Notes under the pieces: generated by a model
The model's database searches: none
Seen by the model: only the letters and a program-made list of their open reading frames with translations
Told to the model about the DNA's origin: nothing
Shown: positions 40,476-51,529 of the stretch, one piece after another
Layout of the letters: the number at the start of each line of letters is the position of its first letter
Numbering within the stretch: position 1 is the first letter of the stretch
DNA from: Balanoglossus misakiensis
Taxonomy: Eukaryota; Animalia; Hemichordata
Assembly: GCA_040954595.2 (NCBI GenBank)
Contig: CM082578.2
Location: 4,446,831 to 4,510,830 of the forward strand
Length of the DNA: 64,000 nucleotides
Direction of reading: 5' to 3'
Made by a program: the position numbers and the translations under genes

Positions 40476-41962
40476 ACTGTCCAGAATTTACTTCCAGGGT
40501 GGGGCTGGAGGATTTCTTATTTTCCTGGTGATTTTTTCCATAACCCCCCCCCCCCCTAGTAAATTGTGGAGGAAATCTGTGGCCCCCCTTAAATTTCCTG
40601 TTTTTTTCCATGCCCCCCCCCCCCATAAATACTAAATACATTCTGACAAGACAAGTTCATCACCCTTTGCAAGAACCATCAAGAGATCATTAATCACTGA
40701 TATAACCAATTTTACAGGGGACAGTTAAGTGGTCATAAAAATCATGTTTTTGCAGGGACTGCAAATGGCACACTTTTGGGAAGCCTAGCAATGGGCAACT
40801 AAGATTTAGTTTTCTGAAAATAAATTAATTATGACAAAACTTCCTACTATGTCCTCTACATCAAACACTTTAGTTGTAAATAAGCCATGTCAAAAAACGC
40901 TGCGTCAGCACATTTGCATCAGAGGTTTTTCAAAGGAAAATATACAATTATGATCGTTGTATCTAATTATCAAGCAGAGTGACATAGTATTTGATTTTTA
41001 TTTTTCAATACACCATTTTTCAATGGGTTATGTGTGACAGTTTCAGGAAATTGACAATAATCAATTGTTTAACAATTTCACATTTTAATTTGTCTTTCTT
41101 TACAATCAACAATCAAGTATTTTTTAGAAAATTCAAATCAAACATGATATTGTGTCCTTTACAGTATTTTCAATAGATTCTGCAAGTTTTGGCAAAAACA
41201 TAAATAAAATGTTTCTTGTTTTTCAATGGGTAAATTAAAAAATAATGTAATGATGCATAATTTTACGGGTTTTTTTAAAACTTTTTTAAAACAATTTTGG
41301 CTGGCACAAAACAATATAATTTTATGTGTTTGTACTATAATCAAAACAATAGGTACATCACAGGCAGAATATTTGCTGTTACACATGAGCATACTCTGAG
41401 GAGTTTACCAAGAAAGTGCACTTGACTAAAACATGCAGATAAAAATTGACAAAAGTTAAAGCTAATGTCTCTTAATTTATCACTAGCTGCTGGTATCTTT
41501 TGTCATAGAAAAGTAAATAGATTGTCAAAAAAGTCTAATTCTTTAAAACTTGTCTGGACTTGAATTGAGCTCAGTTATCAACAGTAACAACACTGACTGT
41601 TCAAATAAGTTGGACAGTTTATTATTCTTCACAGAGTAGAACAAGAAACTGTAGTAGATATACAAAATAAACCACTGTAAAAATTACCGGAAATTCCAGC
41701 TTATGAAGATTTAATACACTTGGAAGTTGTGGAGTTCATCTGTCATCCAGGTAGCCATGGTGGTTTTGTGTTTTTTTTCTATAAATCAGTACTTCTGGGC
41801 AAATATTAAGTTTGTGAGGGTTTTTTACATGCCCCCCCTAAAGGACTGTGATTTTTATGTCTGCCCCCCCCCCTAATTTTTCTTGGGGAAAATGGGTGCC
41901 CCCCCCCCTGGAAATCCTCCGCCCCCCCCCCCCCCCCCTGGAAGTAAATTCTGGACAGTCCC
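40476..41962. mobile_element. Non-autonomous TIR element (PIF/Harbinger- or Zator-like, GGG end, TAA target)
   Basis: TIR ACTGTCCAGAATTTACTTCCAGGG and CCCTGGAAGTAAATTCTGGACAGTCCC|TAA; left tip and about 20 bp of flank deleted relative to copy 1. Confidence 0.75.
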
Positions 41963-42144
41963 TAAGCTCTCTCCAAATCTAATCAGCCAAAATTTAAACA
42001 CCATGTTATTCCACCGATACATTGGATTTGGTCCAAGTCTAAGGGCTTATTAAATTTCTTTCAGAAAATTTTGTTCTGAGTTCCTACAGCGTGCAGGGAG
42101 TGAACGCGTCAGTCATGGGATCGGTAGCGCGTGTTATAGCATAG

Positions 42145-43167
42145 TATCAGTCAGGTTATTCCAATATCTTGCTAAAATATTCGAGCGGCCTTGCAGTTTA
42201 TTTAGCGGGATTACGTTCTTTCCCCTGCGCAACGATCTGTGGCCCCCACGAGATATGCTAATTATGGAATCCCTTTCATTCATAAAGTGAAATCGACTTT
42301 CAAGTTTATACACTTTTGCGTCTTGTCTACCAATCAGATTCGCGGAGTCAGTCACATGGGCCAGAATTTTGATACATTCTGCCTGTCAATCATCGTCTCG
42401 CGCTGTGTATGTACATGTCAACACAACGTCCTAGCAAGTCATCGCGTCGAGTTCGCCCGCAAAGTTATGCTGCGAGTCGCAGTTTGACAGAAAAAATGAC
42501 GCGCTTCATGTAAAACTTTATGAAAAAATAACACAGTTCCATTGCCATATGTCCTAAAACCGTTATTGTGACAGGATATTAAAAATATTAGTCCAGGAAC
42601 GATGTTCAAGGTTGCGTTTGCGTCGGCCTGGCTAGTCAGCGCCGTTGTGTTTCCGCAGAAACTACAACCCTCGTACAGAATCTCATCCTCGAACCCCACA
42701 CAAATGTTTTCGATTCTCAAACAAATGAAGTGCGACGTTTTTCCACGTCTTATACATTTCGTTGACCGGTGGACAGAATACAGAGTGTTAGTCGTCCCGC
42801 TCAGGTGGCTCGAAATCATTCTCGTAACTTCCGTAAGCCTAAAATCAAGTGTGCTGGCTCGCTCGGGATCGACCAGGCTCGCTAGCTGCAAGCACACATT
42901 CACGATCGTAGCGTCGACGTTTCAAATTCTACCTTTCTCTTATTGCTTTTACCAAGCGATATTCTTTCGCAACCGTCATTTTTATTTCAATCGTGTACAA
43001 CTACGGGTTTATGCACTTGTTATTCCGTTTTACAAGGAAGTTATAGCGACGGGCGAATCAGCAAAAATAGTTCCGGTTGATGACGTAGAACAGGGGAAAA
43101 TTCGGATTTTTTGTTCGACCTGTTCTACGCCACACTGGTGGCTATACGGGCCAGTTCATGTGATAAC
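42145..43167. mobile_element. Unclassified insertion ending GGGCCAGTTCATGTGATAA
   Basis: Absent from copy 1; right 400 bp homologous to 33080-33511. Confidence 0.65.
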
Positions 43168-43447
43168 AGTCAGTAGGTCATAGGTCACTTCGAAATTTTG
43201 GAAGAAGTTAAAACCTGCGGATACGTATACATGGATCTAATCATTATATTTCTTTCGCACTATTAGGTTTTTGTTCGGAGAAAATGCGCCCACCAATTCA
43301 TGAAAAAGGGGCAGCGAGAGAGAGACTTTGTCCCTTTAAGGGAGCCCGCCAAGAAACAATAGTGGATACAAAGAATAAAAATAATAAAAGAAAGGTGTCA
43401 AAAGCTACAGATAGTTGACCTTTGACTTTACCTGATCTCTCAACAAC
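43168..43447 (+). repeat. Local duplication of 39927-40207 (PAN exon 3' end and intron)
   Basis: Near-identical direct repeat. Confidence 0.85.
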
Positions 43448-44112
43448 ATGTTCATGTCCAAAGTAGCCTTTCAAAAATCGAGGGTCAAGTCCAAAGTAGC
43501 CTTAAGTTTCAAAAATCGAGGGTCAAGTCCAAAGTAGCCTTTCAAAAATCGAGGGTCAAGTCCAAAGTAGCCTTAAGTTTCAAAAATCGAGGGTCAAGTC
43601 CAAAGTAGCCTTTCAAAAATCGAGGGTCATGTCCGAGGAGGCCTTCAAAAATGTTCATGTCCAAAGTAGACTTCAAAAATCCAGGGTCATGCAAAGAGGC
43701 CTTGAAAAATAGATGTTCATGTCCAAAGTAGCCTTTCAAAAATCGAGGGTCAAGTCCAAAGTAGCCTTTCAAAAATCGAGGGTCATGTCCGAGGAGGCCT
43801 TCAAAAATGTTCATGTCCAAAGTAGACTTCAAAAATAGAGGGTCATGCAAAGAGGCCTTCAATAATAGATATTCATGTCCAAAGTAGACTTCAAAAATCG
43901 AGGGTCATGTCCAAAGAGGCCTTGAAAAATAGATGTTCATGTCCAAAGTAGCCTTTCAAAAATCGAGGGTCAAGTCCAAAGTATAGTAGCCTTTCAAAAA
44001 TCGAGGGTCATGTCCAACGTAGACTTCAAAAATCGAGGGTCATGTCCAAAGTGGCCTTCAAAAATAGAGGGTCATGTCTAAAGTAGCCTTCAAAAAATGA
44101 GGGTCATGTCCA
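43448..44112. repeat. 32-bp minisatellite, second array with higher-order variants
   Basis: Same unit as 27612-28780 with repeated variant blocks. Confidence 0.93.
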
Positions 44113-46903
44113 TAGTGGCCATCGTTCACAAACTTGATTTTTCCCGTTTTCACGTTATTAGAGTCCATATAACATTAGGATGTTATTTCAATACAAATAT
44201 TTTACTAGCTACCAGGATATATATAAATACATTCAATAAAAATGTACTTTTACTTTGTCGTTTCGGTAAATTCTTGTAAATATTTCAGAAATTTAAAGAT
44301 CTTAGCTTAGTTAACATCTAAAATCAGAGAGATTACAATGAACTGGCATTATTCTGACCAAGTGCTGCTTACAGGTTGATGATGGACAAATTGTAACATT
44401 CGTAAGTATAAACATTTTTCTGTGATACTGTCAGCTTTGCAATTTTTCATTTCATTATACTGCATTGCATTCCCAAAACTGTTATATTTGACTGGATATT
44501 GTGAAAAATTATGAAATATACTTAACTGCATGTAGTATAGTGGTTTAATGAAATCCCGTCTCTACTTACCCGTGCAAGAATCAAACTGTACACAGGCAGG
44601 ACCAACGTGGTTGTTTGCAGTGTCCCAAAACCAGTTAGAGTTGGCTGTCGGTGACACCTCGACGCAGATATGAGAGAAACTCTCGCACTCTCCTTGGGAC
44701 AGGTCAAAACTTAGTGTGATCGCGAAGATGATAAGCGCATTTGTTTGAAAGGTCATGGGATCCGCTGGTAAGTTTGCTTCAACTATGTCTCCGTCACGGC
44801 CGATCGAACCGGACAAGAATGCGTCAACTTTCAACAGATACACCAGTTGACCAGACAGCAATCCTGTACTGTGAGATGCTGTGGTGATCGTAACTGACAG
44901 ATAGAAATCATTCGGTACTCCCATAAAAACATCAACTGTTCCGCTAACTTGCAATGGGCTCTGAGTTGCCGGGGCCACTTGAACTAGATGAAAGGAATAT
45001 AGGACTAAACACAGAGAAATTCCACCAGGAAAACAACTGCGATCACTCTAAGCTTCCATATTCCAAAATTCAAAATTTCCATTAAACAAAGACAAAAATG
45101 TGCAAAAAGTGCAACAATCTCTTTAGGCCTACCGATACAGGTTCCGTTCACTGCAAGACAGCTTGAAAGAATGTCGCCTCCAGACCATTTCCATGGAAAC
45201 GCGGAGTTACCACCAGGGAATACACCAATGCAGATAAACTTGAGATCGTCACAACCGATATCAACCAATTCGGTTTCCATGAAAGTCACGTTATACATGG
45301 ATATTGATATGTTCGGTGAGATAAACTCGATACTGGAAGAGATGTTGGTCGGTGGAGAAGTCACAAGAGCTGGGTCTCCCTCGGTAGTTTTCAGGCTCAA
45401 ATTCATGCCGAATACATGGTTAATTTCACTGGAGAACTGTGCTGTGTCCGGTCCAATCGCTATGCTAACGTCGAGGGAAAATCGTTTCGATGAACCCATG
45501 ACAAGGTCAGCATTACTATTGGAACTAAGGCTCACATCGAGAGATAGTTCGTCAATTTGATCTGAAGAGAAAAAGACAGCGTAACATATATCTGATGACC
45601 CAATGAACGTGTCTGCCAGTTTCATGTTCTATAGACAATCAATTTAAACACGTGCATCTGCTACAAATGCACACCAGAATGCTACGTGAGAAACTAAATG
45701 TGTGGAGTTGTATATCTACAAGGAAACACACGAGTAAAGTTACCCTGAAATGGTTACATCTCTGAAACTCATATTACGGATGAAAACCATGATTTTAATT
45801 TTAACTCACGTGTACACGTCGTCACCTCAACACAGTTTGTGATACACCAGTCTTCGTAAAGCCACAAAAAGGGGGCGTCCTTCATAGGAGAAATGTCGGC
45901 GCACACATACGGGAACGTTGCACAGCCCATATCACGGAGGTCGTAGGTTGCCATTAGGTTTTCCATGTTCACGTTGGAATTTGGAAGAATGACGGCCATT
46001 GTTGGTGAGATATGATCAGCTAAAACTTTCTTCGAGTGTGGATGCCCTGTTGCATTGGCGGAGAAGTAAAGCTGAACGTCGAATAAGTTATCCTCCATAC
46101 TTGTGAAGTTTCCCGTATCATTTCCGAGGTACAATTCAACGCCAATACATAACAACTGTGATGTTCCCATGGTTACGTTTATGTCTGCAAACACTTGCAT
46201 ATCAATTGGATCAATGGGATCTGTGAAGAAAAGATGAACAACCATTATGTATGAACATGGCATTGTGCATTGAAAACTTCCTGGAAATGGGTTTTCCATG
46301 ATTTGTGTAAGATTAAGCGATCGGGTCACGTGCCTATGGTATATTGCATGTAATGAGTTTTAAAAGTTCCAACTGATAGCTTAATATAAGGGTTACGTGT
46401 TTCTTAACCTGTAAAATAGAGTCACACAAGTGTTGATATAGTCCAAAAACATCACAAATATACACACGTGGTAACCATAAGCTAATCATCATTTAATTGA
46501 ACTTTTATATACTCACAGAGACAATCTCCTATCTCTGCACAGGCAGTTCTCTTCACGTCGCCTGTCCACTGCCAAACTTCTGTGTCAACAGGATAAATCT
46601 CAACACAAATGAAGTTGTTACGGTCGCACGGTGTAGGATCGAAGTTGGTCTGAACATCTACCAGCACAGCCATATGATTAGAAAGTGTGACGTCATGTCC
46701 GAGTACAACAGCTGATGTCCTGTGGGTCTGCCTTATTTATTTATTTATTTATTTACACATTAAAGGATTTCCCATTTACAATACTCAAACAGGGGTAAAG
46801 ACCCCTATAAGGTTGTAATCTACCATGGGGTCCTACTATAAAGTATAAAAATAAAAAGTTTAAAACAGAAAAATACAAAATAGTCTAAAAACTGTGAGGT
46901 CGT

Positions 46904-49777
46904 CTATCTGCTTAAATTGGTTCTGATATAAGAGTTCAACTGAGATTTGAAGTTATTTATGTTGGTACTGCATCTAACAAAGTCAGGCAGAGAATTCCAA
47001 GCTCTAGCTGCACGCATAGCAAAAGTTCTTTGACCTGTTTCAGTTCGAAATCGAGGCAATAATAATTTGCGAGTTGAGGCTCCTCGTGTCTGGTAACCAT
47101 GGGCGTCATTCAGTGTAACAATTTTTTCTATAAGATAGCTGGGAGCAGTATTGTTGAAACATTTGTACACCATAATACAAGTAAAGTAAAAAATACGTTG
47201 TCTAACGGATAGCACATCGAATCTTTCAAAAAGTACATCAGTTGGGGTATCAAAATCAGCATTAAGTATTACTCTTAAGGCACGCTTCTGCATTTTATAA
47301 ACCTTATCTATATTTTTAGAAGTCGTATTTCCCCACACAATAGAGCAGTAGTCAATGACAGATTGAATCAAACCGTAATATAAAACTTTTCTGAGGTGTA
47401 AAGGTATGAATTTACAAAGGCGCCTAAGAAGTCCAACTCTCCGACTCAAAGTAAGACACAAATTATCAATATGTTTATCCCATGAAACAGAATTGTCTAA
47501 GATTAAACCCAGTATCTTTTCAGAGGTGACACATGAAATTCGTTTGTCATTTATGGAGATGTCCAATTGTTCACCGGAAATGTCAAAGTATTTTATTTTT
47601 TGACGAGATCCGACTAACATAGCTTTCGTTTTGCCCTCATTTATGATCATTCCATTACTTCGAATCCAGTTACTTGACAACATTACATCATTTTGAAGGG
47701 AATCATTTACATGTGAAACAGAAAATCCTGAGGTAAGAAGGGTTTGATCATCAGCGTACATATCAAGTTGCGAGTTATACAAAGTAAATGGTAAATCATT
47801 GATAAAAATAGTAAACAGTAGTGGTCCCAACAAAGATCCCTGAGGCACACCTACAGTCACCTTTTGAACATTCGAAATTTTACCCATGTAAGTAACTACT
47901 TGAGAACGATTTGATAAAAACGATTGAAACCAGTTTAACCCATTAATTTCTAGACCATATAAAGACAATTTTTTAAGAAGTACTTGATGATCAACTAAAT
48001 CAAAAGCTTTTGACAAATCCAAGAAGAGAATACCAGAGATTAGACCATTGTCAACATTTTCTAATAATTCATCACACATTCTTATTAATGCTGTTTGACA
48101 GGAGTGGTGTCTTCTGAAACCAGATTGAGTTCTATGAAGCAAATCCTTTCTAGACAAAAATTCGTAAAAACTACAATGTACATGACTTTCAATAACTTTG
48201 GAAATAGCAGGTAAGATTGAAATCGGTCTGTAATTGGACATTTCGGTAACGCAGCCAGATCCTTTGTAAATAGGAACAACTCTTGCGCATTTTAAAATAT
48301 CAGGGACGACTGCACTATTAATACTTAAATTCAACACCTTTGTCAAAGAATCAGAAATTACCGAAGCACCAATGCGCAGCAGTTTTGCGCTAACATTATC
48401 GGTGCCTGTAGATTTACAATCAGATAAAGCTTTCTTTACAAAGTCAACAGAAAGAGTAGGAATAACGAAAGAGGATCCGTCAAGTTTCTCATTGAGATAC
48501 TCTGTCAAAATAGAAAAGTCGAGATTGTTATCGACAGAAACGTTGAGTTTTTTAGGAATGCTACAGAAATAATTATTAAAAGCATTAGCAAGCACAGTAG
48601 AATCAGTGATAAGAGTGCCATCCACCTCCGTCGGAGTATGTTTTTGATCTCTGGGTTTCGTGAGATTATTGTAAATGTTCCAGACGGCCTTACAATTTGA
48701 ACCATTACTGTTAAGCTCATTGATAAAGTAGTCCTTTTTAGCTTTGCCGATCAGATGGACAACTTTATTTCTTGCAAGTCTATAAGGACCCAGCTTAGTA
48801 ATGTCCCCTTTGGCATGTTTTAACAGGGAATCTCTCTCATGCATAGCATTCAAAATGTGCTGATTCATCCATGCTGGCTGTTTTCTTTGTTTGACACGCT
48901 TTTCAATATAAGGAGCATGTATATTGCAAATCTTATTGAAAATAGTAACCCAAAGTCTGGTAGCAACATTTACATTACTCGTCAGATTAATAAGAGACCA
49001 TGGCGCATGTGCCAGGTCATAGATAAATGAGTCTTGCTTAAAATGCGTCAGTGTGCGAAATTTAACAGACAAATGAGATGAGACACGTGTAACATTAGAA
49101 TTCCTTTTGCGAACGCATATAATAGGGTAGTGATCAGACATACCAATCTGAGGAATTTGAACGTTAGCAATATTTTCATTGTTTGAGACATAGATGTGGT
49201 CAATACAAGTTTTTGAAACTGGCCTGGTTGTCTCAGAGATTATTTGGTCTAAGTTCATATCACGTAAGGATTGATAAATATAGTGATTAAGACCATCGGG
49301 AGCGAACAAGTCAATATTGAAATCGCCCAAGATAATAAGCTCTTTACCCGTGTAGAAACCTTTTTCCAAATTGGATTCAATCTGTACATCAAAATCATGA
49401 GAAGTATTTGGAGGTCTGTAAACACCAGCTATTAAAAAAGAACTACTCTTGGGGGGTTTGATTTCCAACCACATTATTTCTAGATTGTCAGATTCTAGAT
49501 CATATCTTCTCGTGTAAATAATATCGAGTCGAATATAGGCCAATACACCACCACCTCGCTTACCAACTCTATCTTTTCTTTCACATACATGTCCCGGAAA
49601 AGTAAAAGTGTCCGTTAAAACAGCTGAAGTAAGAAAGGTTTCAGCTAAAAACAGTACATCGGTGGTTATTCTAGCATCCGAGTTAATGTAATAAGCAATC
49701 TGATCTATTTTGTTCGATAAATGCTGAATGTTCCAGTAGCCAAACCTCTGTCCTTTGTTCCTTGATTTACTTGCCAT
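46904..49777 (-). CDS. LINE ORF2p: APE endonuclease and reverse transcriptase (957 aa, intact)
   Basis: AETFL, GGGVLAYI, GVYRPP, GDFNID, IDHIY, SDH; QSGFR, LDLSKAFD, GVPQGS, YADD. Confidence 0.95.
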   Translation of the reverse strand: MASKSRNKGQRFGYWNIQHLSNKIDQIAYYINSDARITTDVLFLAETFLTSAVLTDTFTFPGHVCERKDRVGKRGGGVLAYIRLDIIYTRRYDLESDNLEIMWLEIKPPKSSSFLIAGVYRPPNTSHDFDVQIESNLEKGFYTGKELIILGDFNIDLFAPDGLNHYIYQSLRDMNLDQIISETTRPVSKTCIDHIYVSNNENIANVQIPQIGMSDHYPIICVRKRNSNVTRVSSHLSVKFRTLTHFKQDSFIYDLAHAPWSLINLTSNVNVATRLWVTIFNKICNIHAPYIEKRVKQRKQPAWMNQHILNAMHERDSLLKHAKGDITKLGPYRLARNKVVHLIGKAKKDYFINELNSNGSNCKAVWNIYNNLTKPRDQKHTPTEVDGTLITDSTVLANAFNNYFCSIPKKLNVSVDNNLDFSILTEYLNEKLDGSSFVIPTLSVDFVKKALSDCKSTGTDNVSAKLLRIGASVISDSLTKVLNLSINSAVVPDILKCARVVPIYKGSGCVTEMSNYRPISILPAISKVIESHVHCSFYEFLSRKDLLHRTQSGFRRHHSCQTALIRMCDELLENVDNGLISGILFLDLSKAFDLVDHQVLLKKLSLYGLEINGLNWFQSFLSNRSQVVTYMGKISNVQKVTVGVPQGSLLGPLLFTIFINDLPFTLYNSQLDMYADDQTLLTSGFSVSHVNDSLQNDVMLSSNWIRSNGMIINEGKTKAMLVGSRQKIKYFDISGEQLDISINDKRISCVTSEKILGLILDNSVSWDKHIDNLCLTLSRRVGLLRRLCKFIPLHLRKVLYYGLIQSVIDYCSIVWGNTTSKNIDKVYKMQKRALRVILNADFDTPTDVLFERFDVLSVRQRIFYFTCIMVYKCFNNTAPSYLIEKIVTLNDAHGYQTRGASTRKLLLPRFRTETGQRTFAMRAARAWNSLPDFVRCSTNINNFKSQLNSYIRTNLSR

Positions 49778-49825
49778 CTCCGTGTCAGAAACAGTGCTTG
49801 CGGCATTATCTTCCTCGCCGGCGAT

Positions 49826-51529
49826 CTAACGTTGTCCTCGAGAATACGTGTAGTTGCAGAGCTGTGCCTTGTGTCCCCACTCTCCACATGTCCAACACTG
49901 CAATGCTGTACCATGCCTGCATACTCTTTGAATGTGCCCAGTTTCACCACAGTAGTAGCAGCTCACAGCAGGTCGGCGGTGCAACTGGCTTCGACGACCA
50001 CGGTTCTCAGAAAACCGAGAAGGATTAAAGTTCATGTTCCTAGTTTCGCGACGGCCATACATCATTACTGGCCGTTGGACTGGCGTTTTTCTTTTCGTGT
50101 AGCAGTAGTTAGTAAGCTTTGCATTTTCAAGTAGTTTGTCGCAGCCAGTGAAGGTTAAATGTACTCCGTCACGAAGGAGTAATGATGAGTCGACAGAGCC
50201 ATCGCGTAGTCGAAATTGTACATCGTTATCAACAAATACAGCACGAGATTCAACATCTCTGCACTTAATTGCAAGTTCGCGATTAATTTGGTCAATTTTC
50301 GGTAGCAGGTCAGGATCAGACGGGTCTATCCTAGGACAGATACTGAGAACTGTAATGTTACCTGTGGTCATCTTCTTTGCTTGTTCAAGTAGCTGGCTGT
50401 AGTCATCTAGTACTGCTTCCTTCGATTTGTTGGTGGAGCTGCAGTCGTTCCCGCCAATTTCAAGAATCATCTCCTTAAAAGGATTATCGCATGAATATTC
50501 AGTAGCGATAAAATGCGACAGATGTGAAATTGTAGCACCTGGCAGGGTCTTTACAACAAGTTCGCTGGATTTTCTCGAGAAATTGCGTAATAGCGAGTCT
50601 CCAATGAAGAGAATCTTCTTGCCATTGTTATGGAGATCATTGGCTTTGTCAGTTGGTGATGGACCCGGTACAGGTGGCCGTGTAGAAGGCGATTGGTTTG
50701 CATTCATAGATTGACAGCTTGTGTGTTGTAAAGCTTGGCCAGGGGTCGCATCATTAGTTACATTGACCGTATGTTGAGTCTTGCGCAAATCTTCAAGTTG
50801 TTTCATCAGTACTTTACATTCAGTTTCCAAATCACGACATTTCGCTTGCAAATGTTCATTCTCAGAAGTTTTGACCGTAAGCTGGGAAATCAGGTCTGCA
50901 TTAACCGCTTGGAGGGATGATAGTTCGACACGAATTTTTGACTGATCATTGACCATTTGTTCAAGAGTACTTTTTACATCCTTTACTACATTTGTCAGAA
51001 GTCGGCAATCAGGGCAGGGCCAGAAATATCTTTGAGTTTCCTCATCAGTAGTATTTACGCACTCTAGGTGATACCAAATAAAACACAGACTGCATCTCAC
51101 CATTTCATTTTCGTTTTTTCGACCGTGTTTGCAGTTGGGAGTGCATAAAGCAGCAGATTGGCTGGTCACCTTGCGCTTCCCAGGTTTTGAGGCCTTTTTG
51201 TTGCGGTTGTCAGTTGAAGCAGGCAACGTTGAAGTTGATTGAGTATCGTTGACCAGTTTAACGGCTGTTTCATGTTCAAGATCATTTAGTCTACTCTTCG
51301 CGCGGTTATTGAGCGCATTCCCAATGTAATGGCACTTGGATTTAATTTCGTCGGGCGAGAGTTCAGGCAGTAGACATTGCATTTCTTCTTCCATTCTCTT
51401 GACATATGGCCATTTGCAGAAATTTTTTAGCTCAAGCGTATTTAGTTCAAGGATTTCTGCAATGTAAGCTTGCTTCAGAGTATTTTCAATCTCCAAGACG
51501 TCGGCTGAACTCACGGAGCTTGCTGCCAT
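49826..51529 (-). CDS. LINE ORF1p: PHD finger, coiled coil, SGNH/GDSL esterase and two CCHC knuckles
   Basis: CTPNC..CSLCFIWYHLECV..WPCPDC; IGDSLL, PGAT, GGND, DGVH; CYYCGETGHIQRVC, CWTCGEWGHKAQLC. Confidence 0.92.
   Translation of the reverse strand: MAASSVSSADVLEIENTLKQAYIAEILELNTLELKNFCKWPYVKRMEEEMQCLLPELSPDEIKSKCHYIGNALNNRAKSRLNDLEHETAVKLVNDTQSTSTLPASTDNRNKKASKPGKRKVTSQSAALCTPNCKHGRKNENEMVRCSLCFIWYHLECVNTTDEETQRYFWPCPDCRLLTNVVKDVKSTLEQMVNDQSKIRVELSSLQAVNADLISQLTVKTSENEHLQAKCRDLETECKVLMKQLEDLRKTQHTVNVTNDATPGQALQHTSCQSMNANQSPSTRPPVPGPSPTDKANDLHNNGKKILFIGDSLLRNFSRKSSELVVKTLPGATISHLSHFIATEYSCDNPFKEMILEIGGNDCSSTNKSKEAVLDDYSQLLEQAKKMTTGNITVLSICPRIDPSDPDLLPKIDQINRELAIKCRDVESRAVFVDNDVQFRLRDGSVDSSLLLRDGVHLTFTGCDKLLENAKLTNYCYTKRKTPVQRPVMMYGRRETRNMNFNPSRFSENRGRRSQLHRRPAVSCYYCGETGHIQRVCRHGTALQCWTCGEWGHKAQLCNYTYSRGQR

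Noticed and set aside
42439-43183. Overlapping 154-aa and 193-aa ORFs
   Set aside because: No recognisable motif, and the frames are not conserved in the homologous segment at 33.0-33.5 kb
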